A stretch of 64,000 nt of DNA from the NCBI GenBank assembly GCA_045863295.1, contig BTWA01000002.1, forward strand, positions 32,001 to 96,000. Direction: 5' to 3'. A program made the position numbers and the translations under genes. Under the pieces are notes generated by a model that was not told the origin of the DNA, ran no database searches, and saw nothing but the letters and a program-made list of their open reading frames with translations. This document shows positions 1 through 10,850 of this stretch, in pieces (position 1 is the first letter of the stretch; each line of letters opens with the position of its first letter). Origin of the DNA: Candidatus Hydrogenedentota bacterium. Its GTDB lineage: Bacteria; Hydrogenedentota; Hydrogenedentia; Hydrogenedentales; SLHB01.

Positions 1-2
1 AG

Positions 3-680
3 ACTTTCTTCCAATTCAACGTGAGCGAACTCATCACACACTGGGACAAGGCGCTTATCGCCATCTTGCTGTTCTTTTTCATGGACTTGTTCGACACTGT
101 GGGAACATTGGTAGGCGTAGGCAAGCAGGCGGGATTCATCAAGGATGACGGCGATTTGCCCAGGGCCGGTGGCGCATTTGCGGCGGATGCGGCCGCCACG
201 TGCGTCGGGGCGTGTATGGGCACCTCCACGGTGACGAGCTACGTGGAGAGCGCGACCGGCGTCGCAGCGGGCGCGCGCACGGGTTTGGCGGCCGTAGTGA
301 CCGGATTTGGCTTTATCTTCGCCATTGCGCTCGCGCCTATTGTGCACATCGTGGGGCAGGATGTGGGGCCTGCGTTCTACGGCACCGGTCCCGCCGATCT
401 GCAGGTGGCGATGTATCCGGCGGTGGCGCCCGCGCTGATTGTAGTGGGCTTTCTTATGATGCGGCCCTTTGCAAAAGTGAATTGGGACGATTTAACCGAA
501 AGTCTGCCCGCGTTCTTTACCGTGGCAATCATGGTCTTCGGGTTCGCCATACATGAAGGGATCGCCGCGGGGTGCGTGTCGTATGCGGCCATCAAGACGG
601 CCACCGGGCGTTACCGGGAAGTGCACCCAATCATGTTCGGGATCGCCATCGCGCTTATTGCACGATATGCGTTTCTGTAG
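3..680 (+). CDS. NCS2/AzgA-family purine (xanthine/uracil/vitamin C) permease, 5'-truncated by the window edge
   Basis: Frame is open from position 3. Motifs FFMDLFDTVGTL, GTSTVTSYVESATGVAAGARTGL and APALIVVG are typical of AzgA/PbuG permeases; highly hydrophobic. Confidence 0.9.
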   Translation, partial: TFFQFNVSELITHWDKALIAILLFFFMDLFDTVGTLVGVGKQAGFIKDDGDLPRAGGAFAADAAATCVGACMGTSTVTSYVESATGVAAGARTGLAAVVTGFGFIFAIALAPIVHIVGQDVGPAFYGTGPADLQVAMYPAVAPALIVVGFLMMRPFAKVNWDDLTESLPAFFTVAIMVFGFAIHEGIAAGCVSYAAIKTATGRYREVHPIMFGIAIALIARYAFL

Positions 681-718
681 GAATCCTCGGGTACTGCAAC
701 GGGTAGAATACGCCCTTG

Positions 719-3700
719 CTACTTTTCGCGCTGCACAGGCAACAGCCACTGCTCATTGTTCAAGGATTGGAGAAAGGCAATCAGATCGATCAGCTCCTCT
801 TGCGTGAGCGATTGATCCATGGCCTCCGGCATTATGGATACGTTGTGCGGCTCCATCGTAACGATGTCTTCGCGGGGGATGCGCGTATCTTGATTGACGC
901 CCGTGCGCAACGTTATGGCTTCCGGCGTGTCGCGGCCAATCACTCCAACGTACATTTCAAAATCAGTATCAATTCGAAACGGTTCATACCCCGGCACCAT
1001 GCTGGCGCTCGGGAAGAGAATGGCTTCAAGCAGATCGTGCGCGGAACGAATCGTACCGATGGCGGTCAGATCGGGCCCCAAAGTGCCACCTTCGTTACCA
1101 ACGGCATGGCACGTAGAACATCCGACTTTTTCACCGAAAAATACCGCGCGTCCGCGTCCAACATCGCCGGAATCAAGGAGCGGTTCGAGGGTTCGGAGGC
1201 GTGCAATACGCGCTTCTTCCTCGGCCTTGGCTTGCGCGCGGAGCGGTTCCGCCGCCGCTTGTACCGCCGAGGGATAGCTCGCGAGGACGGCGTCGATCCC
1301 TCCGGGAATCAGATTGGGGTTTACCTTCGCCGTGGACAGGCCCTTCACCAACGCAAGACCGACGGCTTCCGAACTGCCGTTGCGGAAGACATCCAACAAC
1401 GCCGCAAACGTGAGCGGGTCGGCGTTCGCGATGTACTCGTTGGCAAGATGGAGCGCCTGTTGTTCGGAAAGCTTCGAACGGGCGAGAAGCTTCCCAATCG
1501 ACAGGCGCATCGTGGGATCGGTTGCCTTTGCAAGCAGGCCGGTCAGATAGTCGAAGCGCGCGGGTCCCGGCGCGGATACGGATCGGGGAGCCAACGCGTC
1601 CAGCGCCGCAATTCGGAGATTGTCCGGAGCGGACGAGTCGTTCCCGAGGGCCTCCAGCTTTTCATCGAATGCGCCGATGTTGCGGGATCGGATCAAGCCG
1701 ACCGCACGCCAGCGAACATCGAGATTGGGGTCGTCCAGCGATGCGCCAATGCGCTCGATCCACGTCTGCGGAAACTCGCCCAGATTCATCTGATCGATGG
1801 CATCCATAAGAAACAGGCGCCGGGCCACGTCGAAAACGGGATCGGCCAGCAGTTCTGGTACGATGGCTTGCACGCCCGCATCGTTGGCATAGGCCAGCAA
1901 AACTTCCCGCACAGGCACAATGGATTCGCCTTGGACATCGGCCGTGCGAAGGCCCTCTTCCAGCAGCGAAACGACCACATCGGACCACTCGGGATGGCGC
2001 GACGCAACCCACAGCCCCGCTTTTCGCAGCGATTCATCCTCCGCATCCAGAAAAGGTACAAGTTCTTCTTTCCGGAGCCGTCCACCACCCATCTGGTCCA
2101 GCGCGATCAAGGCCATTTTGCGTACCGGCGCTTCAGGAAGTTGAAGCGCCGCGCGGCATTCGTCTTCCGCGCCGAGTTGAATGAGCGAATAAACGATGCT
2201 GTGTTCCTCGAATCGATCAGCCGCTGTTGCAGCCGCCTTCAGAAGCGCGCCCGCGGCGGATCGCTCGCCAATCTGTCCGATGGCGGTGGCCGCCTGGCGC
2301 CGCACCGATGGGTCCGGATCCGAAAGTACCAGGGTCAAGTCGTCCGTTGCCCGCTCAGCCGTGGCGAGTCCTATCATTCGGGCCGCCGCCACGCGCACGT
2401 CGGGGGACGCGTCCTTGAGCGCCGTGCGCAGAATATCGTGCTCCGGCTCGATGCGGGCAATCGCCCACACGACGTTTACACGCTGCAAATCACCACCTTC
2501 TCGATATGCCTTTTCGAGCGCCTTTAGGGCATCCTTGCCCTTGCCGGCCATGTGCTCCAAGGCCCAATCGCGGACAATGGGCGAATCGGATCCCAATTGC
2601 GCGGCAAGGCTGTTCGCGCCCATGTCTGGCAGTGCGCGCACTGCGGTCCAGGAGTCACCCGTGCGCGACGAACCGGTGCGGCGGACTCGATAAATGGATC
2701 CGCGGATCTCGGGTTTGGCCACGCGCGAAATCGGACACGCATCCACATACCACGCGCCGGTATCCGATACGAGAATGCTGCCGTCGGCGTCTTCCATCAC
2801 GTCGGTTGGATGAAAATCCGGATCGATGGACGTAAGGAAATCGGTGTCTTCTGTTCGATAGGTCGCGCCCTCGCGGAAAAGCAAATGGCGTTGCACGCGG
2901 CTGGGATTGAATTGCGCGCTGAACAAATTGCCTGCGTATTCCGGACCAAAGGCCTTGCCCCGGTATTGCATCAGTCCGGCCGGGGCGATACGCGAGAACC
3001 GCGTCATGGTGGGCATAAGATCGCCCGTCCGAACGAACTCAGCCACCGATTCGTGAAACTTCGGATACACCCCGCCCTCGACCCAGTGCATGAGGGCATC
3101 CCGCTGCCCGTTCTTGGGATCCGTATAGTAGGTCATGGTGCCAATCGTTTCGCCGGCATCGGTGAAAATCAGCTCGACAGGATTGTCGAACCCGCCACCA
3201 GCCATCCGCTCGAGGTGTGTGCCGTCCGGGCGGCAACGCCATATGCGAGAGGCCATGCCCTCCAGCGTCTCCCCTTCCTTCGTGGCAATTTTGTAGCCGT
3301 GACGGCCGTGGGTGAGATACATCCACCCATCCTTGCCCAGAAACGGACCGTGAAGGCTGGCGGTATTGAGTACATTCCAGCCGGACAGCAAAACATCGCG
3401 CACTTCGGCCCGCCCGTCGCCGTCTTTGTCTTCGAATCGAATGAATTCGGGCGGAGAAGCCACATAAAGGCTGCCGCGATACCACTGGACGCCCATCGGA
3501 AGGCTGAGCGTATCCGCGAACTGCGACTTCGTATCGAATACGCCGTCCCCGTCAGTATCCTCCAACATGAGAATAGTGCATTCCGGGGCCGCCTGCATTT
3601 CCTTTCCAGAGAGATCCTTTCCCGAAGACTCCGCGATAAACATGCGGCCACGATCATCGAACGTCATGAACATGGGATACGACGACAATTCAGGTCCCGC

Positions 3701-3826
3701 GGCGAGTTCAACCGAAAAGCCCTCAGGTACACGCAACGCGGCAAGGCCGGTAGCGGTCAAACCGTCCGCTGTGGCAACGGCGGCGAAGATCCATGCAACA
3801 AATACACAATGCGATCGCTTCGGCAT
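719..3826 (-). CDS. PVC-type heme-binding CxxCH protein (putative membrane-bound dehydrogenase: beta-propeller, HEAT repeats, cytochrome c domain)
   Basis: Signal peptide; LRVPEGFSVELAAGP and LEDTDGDG propeller motifs; HEAT-like repeats (DASPDVRVAAA, DPDPSVRRQAA); C-terminal GCSTCH followed by GPDLTAIG and SIMPE. Confidence 0.88.
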   Translation of the reverse strand: MPKRSHCVFVAWIFAAVATADGLTATGLAALRVPEGFSVELAAGPELSSYPMFMTFDDRGRMFIAESSGKDLSGKEMQAAPECTILMLEDTDGDGVFDTKSQFADTLSLPMGVQWYRGSLYVASPPEFIRFEDKDGDGRAEVRDVLLSGWNVLNTASLHGPFLGKDGWMYLTHGRHGYKIATKEGETLEGMASRIWRCRPDGTHLERMAGGGFDNPVELIFTDAGETIGTMTYYTDPKNGQRDALMHWVEGGVYPKFHESVAEFVRTGDLMPTMTRFSRIAPAGLMQYRGKAFGPEYAGNLFSAQFNPSRVQRHLLFREGATYRTEDTDFLTSIDPDFHPTDVMEDADGSILVSDTGAWYVDACPISRVAKPEIRGSIYRVRRTGSSRTGDSWTAVRALPDMGANSLAAQLGSDSPIVRDWALEHMAGKGKDALKALEKAYREGGDLQRVNVVWAIARIEPEHDILRTALKDASPDVRVAAARMIGLATAERATDDLTLVLSDPDPSVRRQAATAIGQIGERSAAGALLKAAATAADRFEEHSIVYSLIQLGAEDECRAALQLPEAPVRKMALIALDQMGGGRLRKEELVPFLDAEDESLRKAGLWVASRHPEWSDVVVSLLEEGLRTADVQGESIVPVREVLLAYANDAGVQAIVPELLADPVFDVARRLFLMDAIDQMNLGEFPQTWIERIGASLDDPNLDVRWRAVGLIRSRNIGAFDEKLEALGNDSSAPDNLRIAALDALAPRSVSAPGPARFDYLTGLLAKATDPTMRLSIGKLLARSKLSEQQALHLANEYIANADPLTFAALLDVFRNGSSEAVGLALVKGLSTAKVNPNLIPGGIDAVLASYPSAVQAAAEPLRAQAKAEEEARIARLRTLEPLLDSGDVGRGRAVFFGEKVGCSTCHAVGNEGGTLGPDLTAIGTIRSAHDLLEAILFPSASMVPGYEPFRIDTDFEMYVGVIGRDTPEAITLRTGVNQDTRIPREDIVTMEPHNVSIMPEAMDQSLTQEELIDLIAFLQSLNNEQWLLPVQREK

Positions 3827-3979
3827 ACTGCGGAAATCTCCTTGAAACCTGTGGTACGAATGGCCAGCAGATCGCAGTGTACCCTGACCAAGCGAAAAAA
3901 TACACGCGTTCGGACGCGTGTAATTGGAATGGCCCGGCGAGTACTATACCCGCAGGGCGCAAACCAGGAGTCCGATGTC

Positions 3980-5389
3980 TTGACGGAGTTTCTTGCGCGA
4001 TTGGAAGTGCAGCATCTGGCCACCATGCTCGGATTTGGTCTCGCCGTGTTGCTGCTTGTTCGCATCCTTCGCCAACGCGAACACCCGTCCACAACCATCG
4101 CGTGGATCATGGCAATCGTGCTGATTCCGCATCTGGGCGTGCCCGCATACCTCATTTTTGGCGGACGAAAGCTCCGCAAGATGGCTGATCGGAAGGAACA
4201 TCTCTATCCTGACGTGACCGATCCAAAGGACGCTGTCGAGAAGTGCACCTCTGACAATGAACGCGTACTCGTGACGGCCGGCCTTCCGCCCGCCCGAAAA
4301 GACAATCACTGCGAACTGTTGCCGGACGGCGAAACCGCATACCGCGAACTCTGCGACCAGATTGATGGCGCAAAGCATTCCGTACATATCATGACGTTCA
4401 TTCTCGGCAAGGACGAAGTGGGCCGCGATCTGATTGCGCGATTGGCCCGCAAGGCGGAGTCTGGCGTCAAGGTGAGGCTCCTGCTGGATGCACTGGGTTG
4501 CCTCTGGACGCGGGGGCGTTTCGTGAATCCATTGAGACACGCGGGCGGACACGTGGGCGTTTTCATGCCCATGTTGCCGCTGCAGCGCAAATGGTCCGCG
4601 AACCTGCGGAATCACCGCAAGCTGGCGGTCTTCGACTCGAGCACCGCGTTTCTGGGGGGAATGAATATCGCCCGTGAATACATGGGGCCCGAGCCCGATG
4701 CCGATCGTTGGATTGACACAGGCATGCTGCTGCGGGGACCGATCGTCGGCGATATCGACTGGCTTTTTCAACGGGACTGGCGGTTTGCCGTGGGGCAGGA
4801 GATAGAGCCGCACGAAAAAGCAGAAGTCAACAGTCAGGGTGACAACGGAGAGGCCATCGCGCAGTTGGGCGTAAGCGGACCGGACGTCGACGGCGATCCG
4901 TTGTATGACGCCCTATTGACGAGCATGCACGATGCCGTACAGCGCGTCTGGATCGTGACACCGTATTTCGTGCCCGATGAAGGGTTGTACAAGGCTCTGG
5001 CGCTCCAGGCACGTCTGGGCCGCGACGTGAGGATCATACTGCCGGAGCATTCCAATCACATACTCGCGGATTGGGCAAGGGGCCGATTCCTTCGGCAATT
5101 GCAGGAAGATGGCGCGCGAATCCTATTTCACCCAACACGCATGATTCACGCAAAGCAGATTGTCATTGACGATTGGCTTGCGGTGTCAGGTTCGGCCAAC
5201 CTCGATTTTCGAAGTCTGTACTTGAACTACGAAGTGGCGGTGTTTCTGTATTCGCCACCGGAAGTGAAGCGGACAGCGGACTGGATTGAGCAATTGTCCC
5301 GCGAGTGCGTGGACGCACAAGTGCCTCAACCCGGTCATTTGCGGCAATGGGCGGAAGACTTGAGTTGGCTGGTGTCGCCGCTCCTGTAA
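3980..5389 (+). CDS. cls: Cardiolipin synthase (phospholipase D family)
   Basis: Two HKD motifs (NHRKLAVFD, IHAKQIVID...GSANLDFRS) and N-terminal TM helices. Start placed at TTG 3980 after AGGAG (3966-3970); the upstream part of ORF 2552..5389 is antisense to the CxxCH gene. Confidence 0.9.
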   Translation: MTEFLARLEVQHLATMLGFGLAVLLLVRILRQREHPSTTIAWIMAIVLIPHLGVPAYLIFGGRKLRKMADRKEHLYPDVTDPKDAVEKCTSDNERVLVTAGLPPARKDNHCELLPDGETAYRELCDQIDGAKHSVHIMTFILGKDEVGRDLIARLARKAESGVKVRLLLDALGCLWTRGRFVNPLRHAGGHVGVFMPMLPLQRKWSANLRNHRKLAVFDSSTAFLGGMNIAREYMGPEPDADRWIDTGMLLRGPIVGDIDWLFQRDWRFAVGQEIEPHEKAEVNSQGDNGEAIAQLGVSGPDVDGDPLYDALLTSMHDAVQRVWIVTPYFVPDEGLYKALALQARLGRDVRIILPEHSNHILADWARGRFLRQLQEDGARILFHPTRMIHAKQIVIDDWLAVSGSANLDFRSLYLNYEVAVFLYSPPEVKRTADWIEQLSRECVDAQVPQPGHLRQWAEDLSWLVSPLL

Positions 5390-5450
5390 GCCCAATTCAG
5401 TTCTGTAACGCTGATCAATGACGCCCCACGAGAGGATAACGCGCGCGGGA

Positions 5451-5969
5451 CTACGGCTGCAGCACGTAAATGGCGGGCAGATGCCGGTAGGCCTGTTCGT
5501 AATCCAGGCCATACCCGACCACGAACTCATCATCAATAACGAATCCGACGTAGTCTGCACTAACCGGATGCGCTCGATGGCTCGGCTTGTCGAGCAACGA
5601 ACACAACTTCAGCGAAGCGGGCTGAATCGCCAGGAGCCGTTCAAACAGTGTGGACGCCGTCAAACCCGTGTCGAGTATGTCTTCCACCAGGATAATGTGC
5701 TGTCCGTGAAGACTCCGCTCCGGCCAAAGACTGATGTTCATCTGTCCCGAACTTTGCGTTCCCGAGTAGCTGGTTGCGTGCACCAATTCGACGGTGACCG
5801 GCACCCTGAGTTGGCGCATCAGATCCACAGCGAAAACCAGCGCCCCTTTCAAAACAATGGCAAGTACCAATTCCTTGCCCGCATAATCGTTGTTGATCTC
5901 CCGCGCAAGGTCGCTTACCCGGCGCTGAATAGTCTCGGAGTCGATCAAAGGGATGTCACACAGTGTCAT
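5451..5969 (-). CDS. hpt: Hypoxanthine phosphoribosyltransferase
   Basis: VLKGALVFAVDLMR, PRPP-binding LVEDILDTGLT and FVVGYGLDY. ATG at 5969 overlaps the tilS 3' end. Confidence 0.95.
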   Translation of the reverse strand: MTLCDIPLIDSETIQRRVSDLAREINNDYAGKELVLAIVLKGALVFAVDLMRQLRVPVTVELVHATSYSGTQSSGQMNISLWPERSLHGQHIILVEDILDTGLTASTLFERLLAIQPASLKLCSLLDKPSHRAHPVSADYVGFVIDDEFVVGYGLDYEQAYRHLPAIYVLQP

Positions 5970-7335
5970 CGAATACCTCCAGCACGGCAAAACGAGTCGT
6001 ATGACCAGTGACAGCCATGTGCGCACTGGTCGCATGGCCGGTAATCCATGCGATTCGTTCGCCCGCGACCAACAGCGGAATGCGCCCGCGCTTGCCATGC
6101 GGGATGCCCAGGTCCACAAAATAATCCTGCAGCTTCCTCGATCCAGACATGCCCAAGGGCGTGAAACGGTCGCCGTCGCGCCGAAGCCGAAGGGTGAGAC
6201 GGGGTCCGAGCAAGTCTGCATCAAAGACCTGCCGTGACGAGTTGCAGAATTGGGCCAATGGCTCGACCGGCGCGCGTTCCGAAAGCGCAATGCGGAATCG
6301 CCTTCCAAATGCGCTAACCTCACCGGGCATGGGCAGCACGACCTCGCTGTCGTCCTGAGCAGGTTCGCCGCGCAAAATCTCCGTCACATCGCGGCTGTTT
6401 CGCAACAGGACCCCGCCGCCGAGATCGAACGAATTTCCGGCAGACGCTTCAAGGATGAAGGCACGGGCGGGGTCAATGCGTTCAAACGGTGTTTCGATGC
6501 CGTGCCGCCAGCCAATGAGCACAAGGCCACGCCGCTGCAGGGCCACCGGCGCCGTGCAAAACGGAACTCGCTGAATGGATCGTCCATCCGGACAACACAC
6601 AGTCAGAAAAGTGCGTGTGAGTCCATTAAGATATTCATTCTCCTCACGCTGCATTTCGGCCAATCGAATCAGCGCCTCGTCGAGTTTGGGATTGTAGTCA
6701 TTGCGCAGCATCGGAAGCAGTTCACCGCGCACGCGGTTGCGCAAGTACAGCCTATCGGCGTTGGTACGATCCGTACACCATTCCAATTGCCGCTCGGTCA
6801 AGTACGCGATGATTTCATCTCTTCGGCAATGAATAAGAGGGCGGATAATTCGAATTCCACTCTGAGCGCGAACCGGAGGTATACCGGCAAGGCCGCCGGG
6901 ACTCGTCCCGCGCAACACCCGCATCAAGACCGTTTCCGCCTGATCGCCGGCATGATGTCCGGTGGCTATAACGGGAAAATCGTGATCAATGGCCATTTGA
7001 AGGAGCGCCGTGTACCGCACCTCGCGAGCATACTCTTCAAACGACCTGCCCAACGCGGCAGCTTCCTCAGCGACCGGTTGTGTCGTGAAGTAGAAGGGAA
7101 CTTGCCACGCTTCCGAGATGTTTCGGGTAAACGCCGCGTCGGCGGCACTTTCGCCTTCCCGCGTCTGATGGTCGAAATGGGCAATGCCCACTGCGTATCC
7201 AAGTTCGCGCAAGGCGTGGGCCAGACACACGGAATCCGGCCCGCCGGAGACCGCAACCAGGACGCGGGCTCCCGGGTCCGCCATCGCATGTGCGGCGATC
7301 GTCTCGCGCATCCGATCAAGAATAGATGGGCTCAT
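5956..7335 (-). CDS. tilS: tRNA(Ile)-lysidine synthetase
   Basis: PP-loop VAVSGGPDS, ATGHHAGDQAETVL, IRPL, RNRVR and a C-terminal TilS_C region (RRDGDRF...KLQDYF). Confidence 0.96.
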   Translation of the reverse strand: MSPSILDRMRETIAAHAMADPGARVLVAVSGGPDSVCLAHALRELGYAVGIAHFDHQTREGESAADAAFTRNISEAWQVPFYFTTQPVAEEAAALGRSFEEYAREVRYTALLQMAIDHDFPVIATGHHAGDQAETVLMRVLRGTSPGGLAGIPPVRAQSGIRIIRPLIHCRRDEIIAYLTERQLEWCTDRTNADRLYLRNRVRGELLPMLRNDYNPKLDEALIRLAEMQREENEYLNGLTRTFLTVCCPDGRSIQRVPFCTAPVALQRRGLVLIGWRHGIETPFERIDPARAFILEASAGNSFDLGGGVLLRNSRDVTEILRGEPAQDDSEVVLPMPGEVSAFGRRFRIALSERAPVEPLAQFCNSSRQVFDADLLGPRLTLRLRRDGDRFTPLGMSGSRKLQDYFVDLGIPHGKRGRIPLLVAGERIAWITGHATSAHMAVTGHTTRFAVLEVFDDTV

Positions 7336-8120
7336 GGGGTTTCAATGGCCTTGTGCAACGCGGCCACGGAATCGAATACATAGTCCGGCTTGCGTGGCGC
7401 CTGCTCGACTTCTTGCCGCGTGGCCTCGCCGGTCAGCACGAGAATGGCGGTGGCCCCGGCGCGATAAGCCATTTCCATGTCCGTATACAGCCGGTCCCCA
7501 ACCATGGCGGTAGATTCGGGAGATGAGTTCAGCTTGGCCAGACCCATATGGATCATCTCGGGATTTGGCTTGCCAATGTATTTGGGATCGCGGCCAGTGG
7601 CTTCCTTCAACAGAGCGGCAATCGCTCCGCAATCGGGAATGTAACCGTATTCTGTCGGGCATAGTTTGTCGGGGTTTGTTGCCACATAAGGCAGGCCCTC
7701 GCGTAACAACAGGCAAGCCCTTTCCAGCTTTGCATACGTCAACGTCTTGTCGAACGATAAGACGACCACGTCGGGCTCGTTTGTTTCGAGGGTAAGCCCA
7801 TGACGCTGCAATTCAGCTTCAAACGACGGCGTGCCAATAGCGAATACCCGGCGATGCGGAGTATGCAACACCAGAAAACGTGCCGTCGCCTCCCCGGAAG
7901 TGAGGATCTGTTCGGGCGACGTGTCTATCCCCATGCCACGCAGCTTTTCACTGTAAGCGATTGCGTCGGACGAGGGATTGTTGGTGAAAAACAGGTGTTT
8001 GCGCCCGGACTGATTCAGAAACGCGATGAACTCCGCCGCGCCCGGCAACGGTTTGGGTCCCAAATAGATCGTACCGTCCATATCAAGCAGAAAAGATTCG
8101 ATGGTATGCAGCGCGGCCAT
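7332..8120 (-). CDS. HAD-superfamily IIA hydrolase (NagD-like)
   Basis: LLDMDGTIY, FTNN, ATNPD, IGKP and MVGDRLYTD motifs. Confidence 0.92.
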   Translation of the reverse strand: MAALHTIESFLLDMDGTIYLGPKPLPGAAEFIAFLNQSGRKHLFFTNNPSSDAIAYSEKLRGMGIDTSPEQILTSGEATARFLVLHTPHRRVFAIGTPSFEAELQRHGLTLETNEPDVVVLSFDKTLTYAKLERACLLLREGLPYVATNPDKLCPTEYGYIPDCGAIAALLKEATGRDPKYIGKPNPEMIHMGLAKLNSSPESTAMVGDRLYTDMEMAYRAGATAILVLTGEATRQEVEQAPRKPDYVFDSVAALHKAIETP

Positions 8121-8127
8121 GTCCCGT

Positions 8128-8814
8128 TCAATCCATGATTCGATAACGAATAATTGTAAACAGCGCCGCCAATCCGTCTTTCCACGTAATCTTCTTGCCT
8201 TCTTCGTATCCCCGGCCGCTATAGCTGATGGGAACTTCGTAAATCCGGTATCCGCGTTTGGCGACTTTCGCGGTAAATTCAGGTTCGAACCCGAACCGGT
8301 CGGATTTGAGCACGATCTCTTTCAGGATGCTCGCCCGAAACACCTTGTAACACGTCTCCATGTCCGTGAGATTGATGTTCGTGAACATGTTCGAGAGCAG
8401 CGTCAAAAACTTGTTGCCCACGGAGTGCCAGAAATACAGCACCCGGTGCGGTCCGCCCAAGAAGCGGGATCCGTACACAACATCAGCCCGGCCGTCAAGA
8501 ATCGGTTCGAGCAGCTGCGGATAGTCCTTCGGGTTGTATTCGAGGTCGGCATCCTGAATAACCACGATATCACCTGTGACACGCGCAAAACCGGAACGCA
8601 ATGCGGCGCCTTTACCCCGGTTGACTTCATGCCGGAGGACAAGGACGGGCAGCCCCAGTAAGTACTCCCCTGTAAGGACATCTCCACTGCCGTCCGTCGA
8701 TCCGTCGTCCACAATGATGATTTCTTTCTCCATGGGCACATCCAAGACCCGGGCCACGACGGTCTCAATGGTGGCGGCTTCGTTGTAGACAGGAATAATG
8801 ACGGACAGTTTCAT
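8128..8814 (-). CDS. Glycosyltransferase family 2 (DPM1/ArnC-like polyprenyl-phosphate glycosyltransferase)
   Basis: [38 protein letters not shown] and DMETCYK. Start trimmed to ATG 8814. Confidence 0.92.
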   Translation of the reverse strand: MKLSVIIPVYNEAATIETVVARVLDVPMEKEIIIVDDGSTDGSGDVLTGEYLLGLPVLVLRHEVNRGKGAALRSGFARVTGDIVVIQDADLEYNPKDYPQLLEPILDGRADVVYGSRFLGGPHRVLYFWHSVGNKFLTLLSNMFTNINLTDMETCYKVFRASILKEIVLKSDRFGFEPEFTAKVAKRGYRIYEVPISYSGRGYEEGKKITWKDGLAALFTIIRYRIMD

Positions 8815-8966
8815 ATCCGACGATTGTAACGGCGAAGGAGACACCGCTTCCAGCCGCCCCGGCCAGAGTTGAGGGCAATAAAGGTGTCGATGGCCTTTGT
8901 TTCGCAGTACTAACTGGCGTTGCTCGAATCTCGTGCAGACCTCGGCAGTCCGGAGGAAGCGGCAAG

Positions 8967-10850
8967 ATGCCGCTTCTACTTCCATGCAATTCCGCTCTAT
9001 TATGGTTTCTTTCCTCGCAAGGGCGGGTTTCGATGGTCTTCTTTTCACTTCTATTCGCTTCGTGCCTGCTGGGTCTGCCGGTGAAACACTTGTTTCGCAG
9101 CGCGCCCCGGGCAGATCGCGTTCTATTCCGGCTGGCTTGCGGTTGGATGCTTTGTGGCGTTGTCGTAATGGCGGTGGGCAGTGTTCGGTTGGAAGCGGCG
9201 GTGTGGTTGGTATACGCGCTGGCTGCAGCACAGACGATGCTCTGGATCCCAGGGACGCGGATGGCGTTCAAAGCCCGTGCATTGTCGTCATGGCGGACAC
9301 TATCCTGGGAGGCCGCGATTGCATGGGCAGTCTTGCTGTTCGTGCTCGGCACATGGGTTGTCCTGTTGCGTGCCCCGGTGACCGGATGGGATGCCGCCGT
9401 GGCGCATTTGGCGTTGGCGAAAGACTATATTCGCGAAGGCCGCATCGGCCTTATGCCGGGCAACAGCTACTCCGCCTTTCCGCAACTCATGCAGGCCCTC
9501 TACACCATCGCACTGTTTCACGGCGGCGAATGGTCCGCGTCCATGGTGAACTGGATCTTCGGCGCGTTGGCGTGCCTGGCGGCCTGTGTCCTGGCAAGGC
9601 GCATGGCCGGCGAAGTCGCCGGATACGTTGCAGCCGCGGCAACGGCGGCTATGCCCGTGTTTGTGAGCCAACTATCGGCGCCAGGCGTTGATCTGCCGTT
9701 CGCGGCTGTGGTCTTGTGCGGATTGGCCGCGTGGATCTGCGCAGACCAGGAGAATCGTCCGGAGTGGCTGGCGGTATCCGGCGCGTTGCTGGGCTCGTCC
9801 TTCGGTATCCGTCACACGGGACTGTACGCGGCCGCGCTAATGGTCATCGTAGTTCTGCTGGCACGATCTCCTGGTCGCATCCGATGGACCGTAATCGTTG
9901 TATTGGCTGTTGGGGCAGGGGCATTACCGTGGCTGGTGCGTTCGTTTTGGCTAACCGGCAATCCGGTATATCCATTTCTGGCGTCGTGGATGCCATCCGA
10001 GGGATTGCCTTCCGACGAACTGGCGCGCGTGGGTGCGCATGAGTCTGTGCGTGGCGGAAATCCGCTTGCGGCGCTCGTCTTTTATGGCAACGTGATTCTG
10101 TTTCCCCACCACTACGACGGTTGGATGCAATCGCCTGGCATGGTGCCGCTGGTGTTGGGCCTGCCCGGTCTGCTCTTGGCGGGCCGGTATGGCCGTTGGA
10201 TGGGCGCATTCAGTATTGCCGGAGTCACGGGACTGTTCTTCTTCAGGCAGTTCGCCCGGTATTTGTTCCCGTTCTATTTGCCCATGATGCCCGTGGGCGG
10301 CGCCGTTGTCTCTCACAAGGGCCGCTTTAGGCCATGGGCGCTCCTGCTGATTGGCGTGTCGTATGTCGTGGGCGTAACCATGACCATGGCGTTTGCGTCG
10401 GTGAAGGCCCCAGTGGCGTGCGGCTGGATTTCGAAACAGGGGTACCTCCAGTCGCGCGTGGAACGATACGCGGCGTTTCAATGGGTAAATGAGAATCTGC
10501 CCCATGACGCCATGGTGTTGATGATCGATCCGAGGGCATATTATGTGGACCGTCGCACAGTCAGCGATTTCGAAATGATAAAGGCGCTCGTACCGCTCGA
10601 CGATCGCAGCAGGCTGGACTGGCTGCGCGACAAAGGCATCACCCATGTGCTCCACGCGCGCCGGTATGCGGAAGAGTCTCCAGGATTTCGCGAGACCGGC
10701 GTACTGGGTGTAATCGAGAAATGGCGCGGAGATTCGAGTCATTTCGAAATCGTTTATCGCGAGAATGTGCCCACTACCAGGAACAGCGGCAGCGACGTGG
10801 TGGAGATATATCGAGTGAAAGGACTGGGGGAGAGCTCCGGTGTCCATTAA
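8967..10850 (+). CDS. Polytopic membrane protein, probable GT-C (GT39/ArnT/PMT-like) glycosyltransferase
   Basis: Many TM segments; WDAAVAHL loop; [18 protein letters not shown] motif; soluble C-terminal domain; GGAGGA RBS at 8952. Confidence 0.65.
   Translation: MPLLLPCNSALLWFLSSQGRVSMVFFSLLFASCLLGLPVKHLFRSAPRADRVLFRLACGWMLCGVVVMAVGSVRLEAAVWLVYALAAAQTMLWIPGTRMAFKARALSSWRTLSWEAAIAWAVLLFVLGTWVVLLRAPVTGWDAAVAHLALAKDYIREGRIGLMPGNSYSAFPQLMQALYTIALFHGGEWSASMVNWIFGALACLAACVLARRMAGEVAGYVAAAATAAMPVFVSQLSAPGVDLPFAAVVLCGLAAWICADQENRPEWLAVSGALLGSSFGIRHTGLYAAALMVIVVLLARSPGRIRWTVIVVLAVGAGALPWLVRSFWLTGNPVYPFLASWMPSEGLPSDELARVGAHESVRGGNPLAALVFYGNVILFPHHYDGWMQSPGMVPLVLGLPGLLLAGRYGRWMGAFSIAGVTGLFFFRQFARYLFPFYLPMMPVGGAVVSHKGRFRPWALLLIGVSYVVGVTMTMAFASVKAPVACGWISKQGYLQSRVERYAAFQWVNENLPHDAMVLMIDPRAYYVDRRTVSDFEMIKALVPLDDRSRLDWLRDKGITHVLHARRYAEESPGFRETGVLGVIEKWRGDSSHFEIVYRENVPTTRNSGSDVVEIYRVKGLGESSGVH

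Noticed and set aside
716..3979. Long plus-strand ORFs 716..2527 and the first ~475 aa of 2552..5389
   Set aside because: They lie antisense to the CxxCH gene and translate to Arg-rich sequence with no motifs. They are shadow ORFs from GC-rich codon bias; only 3980..5389 (cls) is credible.
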